From: Moniliella sp. 'wahieum'
Taxonomy: Eukaryota
NCBI GenBank assembly: GCA_003971905.1
Contig: RSEE01000031.1
Coordinates: forward strand, 186,001 to 250,000
Reading direction: 5' to 3'
Length of the DNA: 64,000 bases
In this document: positions 37,537 to 49,654 of the stretch, in pieces
Layout: the number at the start of each line of letters is the position of its first letter
Position numbering within the stretch: position 1 is the stretch's first letter
Program-made: the position numbers and the translations under genes
Notes under the pieces: generated by a model
What the model was told of the DNA's origin: nothing
The model's input: the letters and a program-made list of their open reading frames with translations, nothing else
Databases searched by the model: none

Positions 37537-39865
37537 ATGCGCAACCCCCTCACCGTCGCCACCGCTGTAGCGGCCATGTCGCGCGCCCTCACCCTCACTC
37601 CCGAACTCGTCCTCAGTGCCCCGCGCATCGCCAATGTTGCCGTCAACCCCTCCGGCACGCGCGCCCTCGTCGGCAGCTCTCAGTTTGACTTTGCCTCCGA
37701 CAACTGGACCAAGTCCCTCTCTGTCGTCGCCATTCCCTCGGCCTCCGCCAAGCTTGCTGAGGCCCCCCAACTCTCTGCCCTCCACACTGCTCTGGTCGGT
37801 GCCGAGGACAAGGAGGCGGCCAAGCATGCTGCCTCCGACGGCTTCTGGCTCTCGGACACCGAGGCTGCCTTTGTAGTCAACAATGGTCTGTACATCAAAA
37901 ATGTGACGGCAAGCAGCAGCGCGTCGGAACTGGGCGCCAAGGCGGGCGAGTTCCCTACGGGCATTGCCAACCTGCGCGTCGCTGTGGCCGGACCAGAGAC
38001 CATCACGCTCCTCTTCTCGGCGCAGGTGTACCTGTCCGATGGGACCTGACCGCTGTCAAGGCGCATGACGAGTCGCCTGCCCAAAAGGAGTGGACCCGGG
38101 CCAAGGTCTACGATCGGTTGATGGTTCGCCACTGGGACGCATGGAACAACCACGCCAAAGCTTCTCACCTCTTTTTACTGCCACCCTGACCCGCTCTAGC
38201 GAGGGATGGAAACTGGAACAAGACTACACCAACCTGCTCCAGGGCACCAACCTCGAGACACCGGTGCCTCCCTTTGGTGGCGCGGACGACTTTGCTGTGC
38301 ACGAGAGTGGCTGGGTCATCTTTACCTCCAAAGACCCCGATTTGCCAGAGGCATGGCACACCCGCACCAACGTCTATGCCGTCCCGCTCGACGGCAGTTC
38401 CAAGCCCATTCGCATCTCGGTCGGCGATCACGGGGCCACCTCGTCCCCTATCTTTAGCCCCGACGGCACCCAAGTCGCCTGGCTCGAAATGGCCAAGGAT
38501 GGCTTTGAGAGTGACCGGCGCCAGATCGTGGTCTACGATTTCCCCAGCTCGGGCTCCATCGACGCGGGCCATCGTCACTACCTGGTCCCTGACTGGGACC
38601 GAAGCCCGGCAAAGATTGCGTTTACAGCGGACAATTCGGGCCTGCTCGCCCAGACGGAAGATGAGGAGCACACAAAGTTGTTTGCGATCGATTTTGTGCA
38701 CAAAGCGCAGCCGGGTGCTGCCCTTCCCACCGCCGTCGTTGACCAAGTAGGCGTAAAGGGCTTCACGCCTCTTCGGGACGGGCGTGTGGTGGTGATTGGT
38801 TCGACGCTGCAGAGCTCGCCGGACGTGTACCTCTTCTCGGGTGCGCTGCCCAAGCCAGAACAGAGCGAAGGTGTGGCATCGGTGCAGAAGCTGACCAACT
38901 TGAACGCGTTTTTGGATGGGGTGGACATGGGGCCCAAGCCAAGCCAGTTTAGCTACGCTGGCGCCAACGGTCGGGAAGCGCATGGCTGGCTTCACCTCCC
39001 GCCTGGCTTTGACGAGAGTGCCAAACACAAGTACCCGCTCAAGGTGCTGTTCCACGGTGGCCCGGAAGGCTGCTGGGACAACAGCTGGTCCACCCGTTGG
39101 AACCCACTCGTATTTGCCGCCCCTTCCTCGTTTAAGGGCGGTGCGACAGGCTCGGATGCCGATGCGGTGGACGCCGCCTCGAGCGATGGTGCGGTAGTCA
39201 TCACCATGGACCCGGCCGGGAGCACGTCGTTTGGTCAAGCGTACCAAGAGGAGATTCTCAACAATTGGGGAGTCACCACCCAAGATATTTTTGCTGGCAT
39301 TTCCTTCATCCTTCGTCGTTTCCCCGCCATTGATCCGGAACGCGTGGTCGGTGCCGGTGCCAGCTACGGAGGCTATGTGGCGACCTGGCTCGAGGGCCAC
39401 AACGATGCTGGTCTGTTCAAGGGCTTGGTGGACCACGACGGGGTGCTGAGTACCAAAGAGATCTACCTCACCACCGAGGAACTCTACTTCCCCGAATACG
39501 AGTTTGGCGGTGCGCCGTGGGAGGTGCCGGAACGGTACCAACGGTGGGATCCGACTAACCATCTGCACCGCTGGAACACGCCCATGTTGGTCGTGCATGG
39601 CGGGCACGATTACCGCATTCCCGAGTCGACGGGGCTGGCAGCGTTCAATGTGCTGCAGCGCCGTGGTGTGCCCTCGCGGCTGCTCTACTTTGACGAGGAG
39701 AGCCATTGGGTGCTGGACCCCAAGAACTCGGTCGTCTGGCACCGTGAGGTACTGGGCTGGCTCAACCGCTGGGCCACGCCCGAGGTGTTTAACCAGCACT
39801 GGAACCCTGCCGCACCCGCTGCCTCCCCTTCGGAGCAGGCCAAGCCGCGCTTGGTGATCCAGTAA
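37537..39865 (+). CDS. Dipeptidyl peptidase V-like S9C serine peptidase
   Basis: VYDRLMVRHWD, ETPVPPFGG, HGGPEG, WSTRWNP, catalytic GASYGG, HGGHDYRIP and DEESHWVL. Frameshifts near 38045 and 38160. Confidence 0.93.
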
Positions 39866-40883
39866 GCGGGCTTGGGCTGGCTCTGCCCCCTCCCACGTTG
39901 GTGCCCCCGCGTTCCAGCGCAAAAGCAACCGAGCCCCCCTCTCCCTCTCTTCCCATAGCCCCATGATGCTACAGGTCCTATCGGCACGACCGGCAAGGCA
40001 TCCCGTAAGATGCCAAAACAAAGCGGTCTATTAGGGTGACCAGTACCCCTTGCATGCGGGCTTGAGGGAGCAAAGAATGAATCCTACACTTTTGCGTGCG
40101 AAATTCCATCTACATGAGTTGGGCAGTCTGAGGCCCGACGAGGGTGCGTACTTTGCGTAGCAATTCCACTCAGAAGGTTATACCACAACAAGGGTCTGAT
40201 GAAATCTGTTGTGGCAGCTGTGGCCCCCTAGATCGTGGATGTTGTTGGGGAAGAGGTGGGAGATGCCACGGTTTCTCTCTGTCATCCATGCGCCGTTTGC
40301 TGCTGCTGTGCCCACACACGCCCATCCTTGCCACATGTCATAAGAGATAGGGCAATGCTGCGCGGTGACGTCGTCACCAGTAGGGCTGCAAGACTTTTTC
40401 TTAAGACAAGCCGGTCCTATCTATCCGGGGCGATCGACGGGCTGCATCGAGTGAACGTAGTGAACGCTCATCGAGCTCATCGAGAGCTCATCAAGAGCAC
40501 CATCGTCGGTGTTTGGCCCGGCAGTCGGTCAAATACAGACTCGGTCGAGCACTCAGTCCGCACAACGCTCGCATGCGAGGCCAACGCAACTGACGTCATC
40601 GCGGCCCACGTCACATGTCACACGTCACATGTCACCGCGTGCTCCACGGACCTAATCTGGTTGCCTCTTCTCTCTCTCAGCTTCAGCTCATACTGTTTCT
40701 CTGGTAAAGGGGGAAACACCTCTTCAGCCCTCCACACCTGGAGTCCGTGTCTGACATCTGGGAATCTCTAACGGGATTGCAGCGCGGGACGCACAGGCAC
40801 GGTGGCAAGAATGTTGGTTGGCAAGTTGGGATGCTGATACCACTACCTCTCTTGAAGTATACAGCCTGCTTTTCTCGGATCGT

Positions 40884-42902
40884 ATGCCAGAGATGAGCGA
40901 CCCAAGCACCTCTAGCCAAACGTTACCCGCCGCTCCTCCAGCTGACATGGCTAACGTGACTAGCCGCACAGCCGTCCCGGTAGCCGTCAATCGAGTCAAC
41001 CCTGTCCCTCCCTGGGCCCGAGCCGACGCATCGTCAACAGACGTAGGGGAGTTGGAACCCGGAGCAGACAGTATTTCACCTCTGCTCCAAGCCGAAACCA
41101 ACTTCTCACGGAACCCATCGCGCCAAACTATGCTATCACATCTCCCCACCCATGTTGGGACCTTCCCGCCGTTCTTGCCTGGTCCCCACGCACCTTCTAC
41201 TCCCATCGCAACTGTCCACGCATCACGTTCTGGCCCCTCTTCCTCCGCTCATTCCGACCCCAATCGGCCCCGTTCTCCACCTCATCTTCGGCACCAGCAT
41301 CTGCTCCATCCCCACCTACATCATCATACCGAAAGGAAAGAGGATGAAGTGGATGAAAAGATAGCCGATACTCGGCCAGACCAAAAAGGCGACCAGCAAA
41401 AAGGTCGAAGGGGCACCACCGTGTTGTGGACGAATGGGACGATCTGGTATACGCGTTATCGCCCGGAGAACGGAAAGGCTGGAGAAGGATGTAAGGCAAG
41501 CCGCAGCCAATTCCGGCTCGTACTGGCAAAAGCGTCGGCAGCGTCGCCGGATGCGCAAACAGCTTCGCTTTGGGCCTCGCCGCATTGATCCTGAAGACGG
41601 CTTTCAGTCCATGTACCGAGCCATTGCTGCGGCAGAGACGTTTGGGAATCCTACCTTTACAGGCAACACGCAGCCCCACCAACCCCCTGCAGGGTTTTAT
41701 CCCTCTTCGGGCAAGGTACAAAACCCTGATTCGATCCAGTTCCCCATTTCGATCGACTTGCATCAACCGCATGACCATGTGCGCATCCACCCGCAACCCC
41801 AGCACAGCGATCGCAACAGCGACCAAGGCACCTCGTTGAACCATACCCGCCCCTTGTCGGTCGCTCAGGCAGCGGAGAAGGTCAATGATGGCACGAGTCG
41901 CACCCACGCTCCGTCTACTGGTATAACCAAACTCCAACAAACCCAAACCAAAAGCGATGAATTGGACGATGAATACGTGTACACTCGCCGTCAAGCGGTG
42001 GACAAGAATTGGAACACTCCATGGACCGCGCAGCTCAACGCTGGCCTAGACCATCCTGAAGAAGCATGGGGAATCGAAACCAAGTCACGAGGGCTGCTGG
42101 GCCTGTATGCATGGCGTCAGAGGCGGGCGCAAACGAATGTCGAGAATGTTGACCCAGAGAAGGCGGGTTGCTCGTGTCACAAGGACCTGACTGTTCCCGA
42201 CCAGCGCGGATTCGGGATGGGGTTTGGTGCCCAACGAAAGACAACGTGGATGAAGGTGGTTTCGTGGACTTGGTGGCATAGTTTCTTGTTGCGCAATCCC
42301 TTCATCCCGCTGCTGCTTCGGGTGCTCAGTATCGGACTGGTTGCAAGTGCGCTGGCGATAGGGGTACGCATTCGGTGCAGTTTGCATCGTCAAGGCACAC
42401 CGGAGGAGGCGATGGGGGTAAGTCCATTGATGGCCATCATCTACGGTCCCATTACATTGGTACATGCCCTGTTTCAACTGTACCTGGAATACTTTGGTCA
42501 CCCAATCGCAACGTGGTCCGTCAAGTCCAAGCTGATGGGCACGAGCATCGAGGTGATCGTTGTTGGCCTGTGGGCGTCGGAGTTGAGCCTTGCATTTGAC
42601 AATTACTACGGCTTCAGGCAGCTGCGCTCCTCCCTCGTCATCAATCCTGTTGATGGTCATATCTCCATTCGCCAGTATCCAAACCGCCCTCACTTGATGC
42701 ACTTGCAAGCATCCCTGGTGGGAATCGTGTTCGTGACGGTGTATGTGTACATGAGCGCTTTGCTGGTACGTCTGACGCCGGAAGATTTGTAGACTATTTA
42801 TCCCCTTTTGCAACCCCTGACCAGCATTCTCAATTGCAGATTGCGCTATTCAAGATGTTCAACCGGGTGACCGATACAGTCAAGCATGGCAGTCAAGACT
42901 AG
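40884..42902 (+). CDS. SRF1: Srf1-like regulator of phospholipase D (C-terminal multi-TM domain)
   Basis: LLRNPFIPLLLR...SPLMAIIYGPITLVH...YLEYFGHPIATW...LSLAFDNY. Last intron 42766..42839 is followed by IALFKMFNRV...QD*. Frameshift near 41420. Confidence 0.7.
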
Positions 42903-44092
42903 GATTCCACACTGTCCTGTCACTCGATAAGCATTCATCCTATTTCGTACAGATTAACATCCGCAAGGAAGAGAGTGGGTAGAGTAGAGTGCGAGGCCAA
43001 AACCGTTCAATACCCCCCTCTGCCCCCCTATCGGATTGTAGGGCACACTTCAACTTCAACACCCTTGTCATCGAAGTGCCTGCGCATCCATACTACCTTA
43101 TTGTAACATATGGCGCTACTGGATCCTGGGCAGGAAAGAAGAAACATTCTACCCTTTCTACGGTTTTGTCGTTCCAGTATACACCATCAACATAATATTA
43201 AGATGACTGCACAGACTGCGGAGCATCGCTTGACTTCCAATGGGACACATGGTCCATGGCGTACTCATGTGTACGACCCACCATTCTATAATTCCGCAAA
43301 ATACGCGAGAGGAAGACTGAAAGGGATCTGTAACAAACCGAGGTATGGAAAGTATAAGCTGGTAATGAGGGTTGTTGTCAACAGCTTTTCCTCGTTGAGG
43401 TTGAGGATGGAAAAGGGACGAGCACCGTGGGCAGAACCGTAGCTCTCTCTCATCCTTACACTATTATAGACCCCGTCGTTGCACTACTGTCTTGCCCAAT
43501 GAATTGTCATTGACGTTCATAAGCGCCCAAGCCCATCATCGTTTGTATAACAGAGGACTTTCTTCCGCGGGTTAGCCACACTCGAACATCTCGCTCTCGG
43601 TAAAACATACTATGGCTTGTTCAGAGAGACGGGCCTTATACTTTGCTCAGAGGGCCCGAAACGATGGGATGATGGATCTTCATATGGTGCATCCGAACAG
43701 GTATGGAACCTGTTGTGCTTCCCTGACACATACTAACGAATGGCAATGCGATGCGTAGTAATACGGGCACGGACGGAACCGAGCGAGGGACTGCGGCAGG
43801 AAGGTAAAGGGATAGTGAGAGCGAGGGGAGGAGGCATATCGCCACAGGAGAGGAAGATGCCTCGCTGCATGATGGCTCTCTGTCAAGCGCATCACGTGTT
43901 AGCGCTTAGCATTGTGTATTTTTGCACCGATTCGAATTATTGCAAGGGTTCCCTTTTTGTGCCGCTAACAACAGTTGAAGACATCTTCATTTCACCACAT
44001 CTTGCCTTCCCGCTTTCCTGGGCTCTGTTCTGCGTGGGCCCCCATTCCCCACTTCTTGGATCGTACCAGTGCTGGTCTGGTGGGCAACCACA

Positions 44093-45681
44093 ATGTCGGC
44101 AGCAGCTCTGCGCCTTGTCCGCCCGGCATTGTATCCCAAGCCCTCCCCTCCGCCCTCCCTCTCTTCAGCGCTCGCACGCTCGGTCCGCGCTCCGCCGCAA
44201 TCGTTCCCCCGCACCAGGTTGAGCCGCGCACTGGCTTCCTCTCGTCCCACGCCCACACCCGCACCCCTTGCCACATGGACCCTCACCCCAGGTGCTCGCT
44301 CTTTCTCGCTCTGGTCCTCCTCGAGCAAAGAGAAGGCCGCGCCTGCCGAAGTTTCTTCCCCGCCGCCGGATTCTCTCAATGATGCCCAGGTCTCCACTGT
44401 GGGGGGTGCTTCCCACGCCGAGACAGGTGGCGGGACCGAGGCAGTGGCCGCTTCCTCCGACGCTGCGCAAGGGGCCGTATCTGGTGCAGCCGAAACACTT
44501 GGCTCTCTGGGGTCCGATCCTGTCTCGCCCTTGGATGGGGCAGTGGACGCGGCCCAGACCATGGTGACCAAGGGCCTTGCTGACACTGCAAGTGAGTTTG
44601 CTGCGGCCAACCTGCCAAACGGGTGGCTCACGGTACCCTACATGCAGCAAGCACTTGAGTGGATCGCCGTCTCCACCGGTTTGCCTTGGTGGCAGGTGAT
44701 TGTGGGTACGGTAGTGGCCACCAAGCTGGTGCTGTTGCCCGTGACGATCCGGGGGATGCGGAGCTCAGTCCGGTTGGCTGCGATCCAGCCATCCATGACG
44801 CGCCTCATGAATCAAATGCAAGTTGCCGAGAAAAGCAACAACCCAGTTCAGGTTGCGCGCGCGTCCAACGAAGTCAAGTCTCTCTTGATCCGCAACCAGG
44901 TGAATCCCGTCACGCCCTATGTACCTGCCTTGTTCAACGTGCCTATCTTTATCACCCTTTTCTTTGCGATTGACTACATGGCGCGTGCCGGGCTGGCATC
45001 CATGCTGACGGGTGGCGCACTTTGGTTTACTAACCTCACCGTTTCGGACCCCTACCTCATTCTCCCCATCGCCACCGCTGCCAGTCAACTCCTATCGACG
45101 GAGTTGTCCTCGATAACCCGGCCAATGTCGAAGCAGGCTCAACCATTGAGCCAGGTCACTCGCTACATTGTTCGGGGTGCACTCATCCTGTCACCACTTT
45201 TCATTCGTAACTTCCCCGCTGCGGTACTAGTGATGTGGTCGACGAATGCACTGGTGACGGCACTACAGACCCTCATCATCTCGAGCCCTGCCATGAGGGC
45301 GCGACTGCGCATGGGTCCTGTGCTTCCGACTCTACCGACAACCCCCACCACAACGCCCGCCGAGAATGAGGGAGCTCAGGCGGGGATTGCGGCAACCCTC
45401 TCCTTTCGCTGGGAGCCCGTTTGGCCGAGGAGCAGCAGCGTGTTGAGAACAGAACCCGAATCCCAAGCGTCCGGATGCCAGACAAGCCAATGGCAGCCGC
45501 CTTCACCTCTGCGCAAGATCGCGCTGTGGCGCAGATGAACCGGAAGTACTACCAGGCCACGATGGGCATGGACGCCCCTGATACCCGTCCCATATTGTCG
45601 AAGCGCAGCGCTCGTAGGTCTACCCCTAAGACTGAGGGGGCCGTTTCTACCCCAAAGTCCAAGAACAATCGAGACCCGTAG
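44093..45681 (+). CDS. OXA1: Mitochondrial inner-membrane insertase Oxa1 (YidC/Oxa1 family)
   Basis: Arg/Ser-rich presequence; LEWIAVSTGLPWWQVI, PIFITLFF, GGALWFTNLTVSDPY and FPAAVLVMWSTN. The tail is frameshifted near 45400. Confidence 0.88.
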
Positions 45682-45765
45682 GGCTAGGTCGGTGTGCTCT
45701 CTTTCCTCTCCAGCTTGTCGCACCTCAATGTATCTCTTTACACCACTGCACTCGTATCCATCGAA

Positions 45766-47763
45766 TTACATTTCTTCTTCTTGTCTCTGTGGGAAAAACT
45801 CCACCACCTCATCCCAGTTGATGCCATCCAACGTCTGACCGTCGGACCCATCAGATGGGCCCTCCAGCACGCCTGCCCGACCCACATATTCAGCCGCGTC
45901 CCGACCCTCCCACGTTTTGGATCGACGCTGGGCTTTGAGTTGGGCCCGTTGTTTAAGTTGCTTGCCCATCTCTTTGGCTTGACTTGGGGTAACAGAAACA
46001 GCATGAGAAGAAACTGCTTCTTCGTGTCCCAGGATGTGCCAGAACGCTTCTTCGGCAACTTGAGAAGCACGGTCGGTCATCTCGGCCAGCGAAAGGGGGA
46101 GCGCCGGGCCCGCCGTCTCTTTGGCAATAGGAGGGAACGGCATGGGAACAAAATGGTCGCTTGGGACGCCGGCCTCCGTTGCAGCAACGCTGGGTTGCCA
46201 ATAAAACGCTTCAAAAAGGGGTACGGGCCGAGATGCAGGAATTGTTGGGTTCCCCCCTGTCTCCCCTTGGGCTGAGGCGTCGGGGGAAACTTCAGCATCC
46301 GCAGTTTTCCACTCGGGAGGCGAAGGGGCAGCCCACTGCAACAGCTGTTCCACATAGGGCCGCAGGATCTGTTGGGGCGTCTGATCCGCAGACGGAAGGC
46401 CGGGGAGGTATTGGGTGAGATAGTACAAGTACGTTCCCTTAGGGCAGCTGAACGTTCCTTCTCCCATCATCAGGATTTGGCAGGCAGCTTGGCCCTCTTT
46501 TGAGGGCGGGACCAACAGTAAGGCTGTCTCGTACGTTGTTGGTGTTGTCGAGTCATCTGTTCCCCCGCCTGCTGAGCTAGGCGGGGCCGGTGTGGTAGCA
46601 ACTCCAGCGGTCAACATGCCGTTGAAATCCACGGGTCGATCAAGCAAAACGATGGCACGAGCAGCAGTGCCGTTGGGTGAAGTAGCGGGATAGGCAGTGT
46701 CTGAACCATGGGCAAGGCTGGGTACGCCAACGACCCAATCGGCAGTGATCGGACCCTGTACTGAACTGAGCTCGGCTTTCCACACAGGCCCTTGCTTTCC
46801 TTGAATGGGTACATTGGATCCTTGCGCCTGGGATGTGCGTTCGATGCGGGCGAGTGACTCGACTTCACACCCAAGCATGAACAATGTCCCCTTGACTGCG
46901 GCAGAGCGTGCATAGCCCTGAACCATCTCACCTGCTCCACCATACTGGCCCACCAGATACGCACTGTTCCCATACCGACCTATGCTGGACAGGTGAGAAG
47001 CCACTCGACGAATTCCATCGCGGGCAGGAAGCGGGGGGTGGGAGGGGTCAGTGCCAGACCAAGGGGCCATCGCAATGCCATAGAGAAGGGGCCCGATCAA
47101 GCTGTCGGGGAAACCAAACTGAGACCGGAGGCAAGCTTCAAAAGACTGATCTGTACCAAAGGAGGGGTCGTTGACGAGTTGATGATCAAGCTGTCCCATC
47201 TCGCCACCCACCTCGGAAGCAAGAGGGGTGACGAACTGGAGGAACTTCATGAGTTTGCGCTTTTCGATGAGGGAGAGAGTGCGGTCCTTAAACACATCCT
47301 CCTTGCTGCTTGGCACTCTGCGCAACGTTGGTGGGGTAAGACTGGATACCAATGCAGTGAGTTCGAGGAGGCGGAATGTGCTGTACTGGGCCACATTGCT
47401 TTTGACAAGTGTGTCAATTCCGGGGCCCCGGCTGGCCAACAGCGTGGGTGTGAGGGCAATGCTGAACTGACGGTCCAAGCGCTGGAGCGCAGGCGGGATC
47501 TCCGTAGGGGTTCCATCTGGTGTGCGAAAGTATGGAAAAGAAAGCGACGCGCGAGCAGCAGCAGGAAGGCGTGCAGCCCACTGACTGAGCTCGCCGAGAG
47601 TCAAGCTGGCCCAATCAGCGCCATAGTACGGCTGGGCGTCGATATGGAGCGCACGCAAGCCCGCATGGGCCAGGGCCGCGCCCGCGATGGCCGTGGGAAG
47701 ATCTGTGCCGACGAGGAGAACGTCAAAGTGCGTGTCATCCAGCGTAGCACGCTCCTCGGGCAT
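45766..47763 (-). CDS. MRS6: Rab escort protein (Rab geranylgeranyltransferase component A)
   Basis: Intact 665-aa ORF: FDVLLVGTDL...HIDAQPYYG, VPSSKEDVFKDRTLSLIEKRKLMKFLQF, SIGRYGNSAYLVGQYGGAGEMVQGYARSAAVKG. Confidence 0.9.
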   Translation of the reverse strand: MPEERATLDDTHFDVLLVGTDLPTAIAGAALAHAGLRALHIDAQPYYGADWASLTLGELSQWAARLPAAARASLSFPYFRTPDGTPTEIPPALQRLDRQFSIALTPTLLASRGPGIDTLVKSNVAQYSTFRLLELTALVSSLTPPTLRRVPSSKEDVFKDRTLSLIEKRKLMKFLQFVTPLASEVGGEMGQLDHQLVNDPSFGTDQSFEACLRSQFGFPDSLIGPLLYGIAMAPWSGTDPSHPPLPARDGIRRVASHLSSIGRYGNSAYLVGQYGGAGEMVQGYARSAAVKGTLFMLGCEVESLARIERTSQAQGSNVPIQGKQGPVWKAELSSVQGPITADWVVGVPSLAHGSDTAYPATSPNGTAARAIVLLDRPVDFNGMLTAGVATTPAPPSSAGGGTDDSTTPTTYETALLLVPPSKEGQAACQILMMGEGTFSCPKGTYLYYLTQYLPGLPSADQTPQQILRPYVEQLLQWAAPSPPEWKTADAEVSPDASAQGETGGNPTIPASRPVPLFEAFYWQPSVAATEAGVPSDHFVPMPFPPIAKETAGPALPLSLAEMTDRASQVAEEAFWHILGHEEAVSSHAVSVTPSQAKEMGKQLKQRAQLKAQRRSKTWEGRDAAEYVGRAGVLEGPSDGSDGQTLDGINWDEVVEFFPQRQEEEM

Positions 47764-47909
47764 GGCGGTAGTGGTGGGCAGGCGTTTGCGGGTGTATGTT
47801 TGGCGCGAGGAAAGAAAGAAGGGCGAAGGGGCGCAATGCAGATGGCGGCCACAGCAGGCTCCTATTCTGTGGATTGGGTGGAGAAACAGCGGCCAAAGAT
47901 AGCATGCAA

Positions 47910-47993
47910 GCCTCGCTATTTCAATCGGTAGAATTTGAGACTCTTATGCAGAGGTCCATCTCACGGTTGTGGGTTCGAGTCCCACGTGGGGCG
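47910..47993 (+). tRNA. tRNA-Lys(CTT) with an 11-nt intron (47947..47957)
   Basis: GCCTCGC-TA-TTTC-AATCGGTA-GAAT-T-TGAGA-CTCTTA[TGCAGAGGTCC]A-TCTCA-CGGTT-GTGGG-TTCGAGT-CCCAC-GTGGGGC-G, followed by T5 and T6 terminator runs. Confidence 0.9.
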
Positions 47994-48059
47994 CTTTTTG
48001 ATATTTTTTGCCGCTCAGACGCGTGGGATTGCGCAATCATTGTGTGTGTCAAGAGGCAG

Positions 48060-48350
48060 CAGCGCGGAGCGCTGAGTCGCGCTGATGCGGAGCGCCGAGT
48101 CGCGCTAAGCGCTGAGCGCCAGCGCTGAGCTCAGCCTTCACGTTGAGGCTGACCCAACGCTGAATCATCGAATCGCGCTGAGCGGAGCGCAGCGGCTGAG
48201 CGCTGAGTCGCGCTGAACGCTGAGCCGCCCTGTGCGCCCCGTGCGGCGCTCGGCTGTGCTCAGCCGCTGCGCCCCAGCGCCCCAGCGCTGAGGGCGCGCT
48301 GACGCATGAAGCGGCAAGCGCCCCTGCGCTGAGCACCTCAGCACCTCAGC
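48060..48350. repeat. Degenerate GCTGAG/CTCAGC array including a ~23-bp unit GCGGAGCGCTGAGTCGCGCTGA
   Basis: About 14 GCTGA copies in 290 bp; the longer unit recurs near 48064, 48087 and 48198. Confidence 0.75.
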
Positions 48351-48520
48351 TTCCCGCACGGCGCCCGTCTCGTCCCCGATTACGTTAGGGGTGACACGGT
48401 GCTAGGGTTGGTCTGCGCAGGTGGCTTGCCCTTGGGGCTTGGGTTCGAGCGCGCGTCTGTGCTCTCCCCCCCACCATCCACGTTGGGAGCGCGTCTCTTG
48501 CCTGTGCCCTCCTTCGGACC

Positions 48521-49654
48521 ATGTCCGACACCCCGCCCAGCATGGCCGACGGAGCAAATGTCACTTCCCAGCAGCCGGGCACCACCGGATCAGCCGCCGC
48601 TGGGCCCTACGCCTGCAATGTTTGCGGCCGTCACGTCCGCTCGCCGCCTGCTCTGCAATGGCACATGCGTTCCCACCAAGGCGACCGCCCCTTTCCTTGC
48701 CCGCTGTGCTCCGAGTACGCTGGACCTACGCGCCACGCGTTGCACCAACACATGTACAAGCATCATCGCGAGCGGAACCCCAACTCGGTCAGCAATCGAC
48801 GCGCTGCCGAGCGCGCCAAGGGCCAGACGGGTCGCAAAGTTACGCGTGGCCGCGGTTACCCGTCCAAAGTGTCCTCCGTCCCCGTGGGAGGCGTGACCTG
48901 CCCTATCTGCGCGCGTTCTGTTCGCTCCCCGCCCGCCCTTCAGTGGCACATGCGTATTCACACGGCGGATCGCCCGCACCAGTGCGAGTATTGCACGTAC
49001 ACGGCCGAGAATCGCCACGCGTTGAGCCAACACGTTTATAAGGCCCACCGCTCTTCTCGCGTGGAGGAGCAGGCGCCGGCGGAAAATCTAGCGCACGCGC
49101 AGGCTCCCGCTATCGCGCCTCAGCCTGCTTCTGGGCCGAACCTTGGTCATCCGGGGATGTCTTTCCATCCGTCGGCGTTGCCTCCTGCTTCCCTTACGGC
49201 GCTGCCCCCTGGCACGCACCACATGGCGCAAGGTCAGCAGGGCCTGTATATGCCGATTACGCTGCCTCTTGGTGGAATGGACCAGGCGCCGCCAGGGCAC
49301 CGGGTCCCTATGCACCATCAAGCTGGTGCTACTGGCGTCCCGATGGAGCCCCCGCCGGCGCCTAAGCCGCAAGCGAAAAGGGGCGCTGCCCGCAAGGCAC
49401 CCAAGAAGAAGAAAGGCCCGAATCCAGCCAGTCCGCCGCTTCCGCCGGAGCCGGCTGGCGCTCCGCTCCCTTTCAGCCACTTGTTTCCGCATGGAACTGG
49501 CGACCCTGCGCAGTCGTCTCGCCTGCCTTCGACCATGGGCCCGCCGTACTTTGCTCCCCCGCCGCCGGTCCACACGGAAACGCCGGAAGCCCAAGCCCAA
49601 GCCCGGGCTCTGTTTGCCCGTGCGCTGGAGGACCAGCGATACCGCACCAAGTAG
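48521..49654 (+). CDS. C2H2 zinc-finger transcription factor (two finger pairs)
   Basis: Intact ORF: CNVC...HMRSH-QGDRPF-CPLC...HMYKHH and CPIC...HMRIH-TADRPH-CEYC...HVYKAH, plus a basic NLS-like KAPKKKK. Confidence 0.88.
   Translation: MSDTPPSMADGANVTSQQPGTTGSAAAGPYACNVCGRHVRSPPALQWHMRSHQGDRPFPCPLCSEYAGPTRHALHQHMYKHHRERNPNSVSNRRAAERAKGQTGRKVTRGRGYPSKVSSVPVGGVTCPICARSVRSPPALQWHMRIHTADRPHQCEYCTYTAENRHALSQHVYKAHRSSRVEEQAPAENLAHAQAPAIAPQPASGPNLGHPGMSFHPSALPPASLTALPPGTHHMAQGQQGLYMPITLPLGGMDQAPPGHRVPMHHQAGATGVPMEPPPAPKPQAKRGAARKAPKKKKGPNPASPPLPPEPAGAPLPFSHLFPHGTGDPAQSSRLPSTMGPPYFAPPPPVHTETPEAQAQARALFARALEDQRYRTK

Noticed and set aside
38165..40021. 618-aa antisense ORF and similar long shadow ORFs (46993..47931, 21861..23525 upstream part, 13727..14449)
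   Set aside because: These lie antisense to recognised genes in GC-rich DNA where stops are rare, and show no motifs.
48060..48350. CRISPR-like array
   Set aside because: Eukaryotic context, no constant repeat with unique spacers, and no cas genes.
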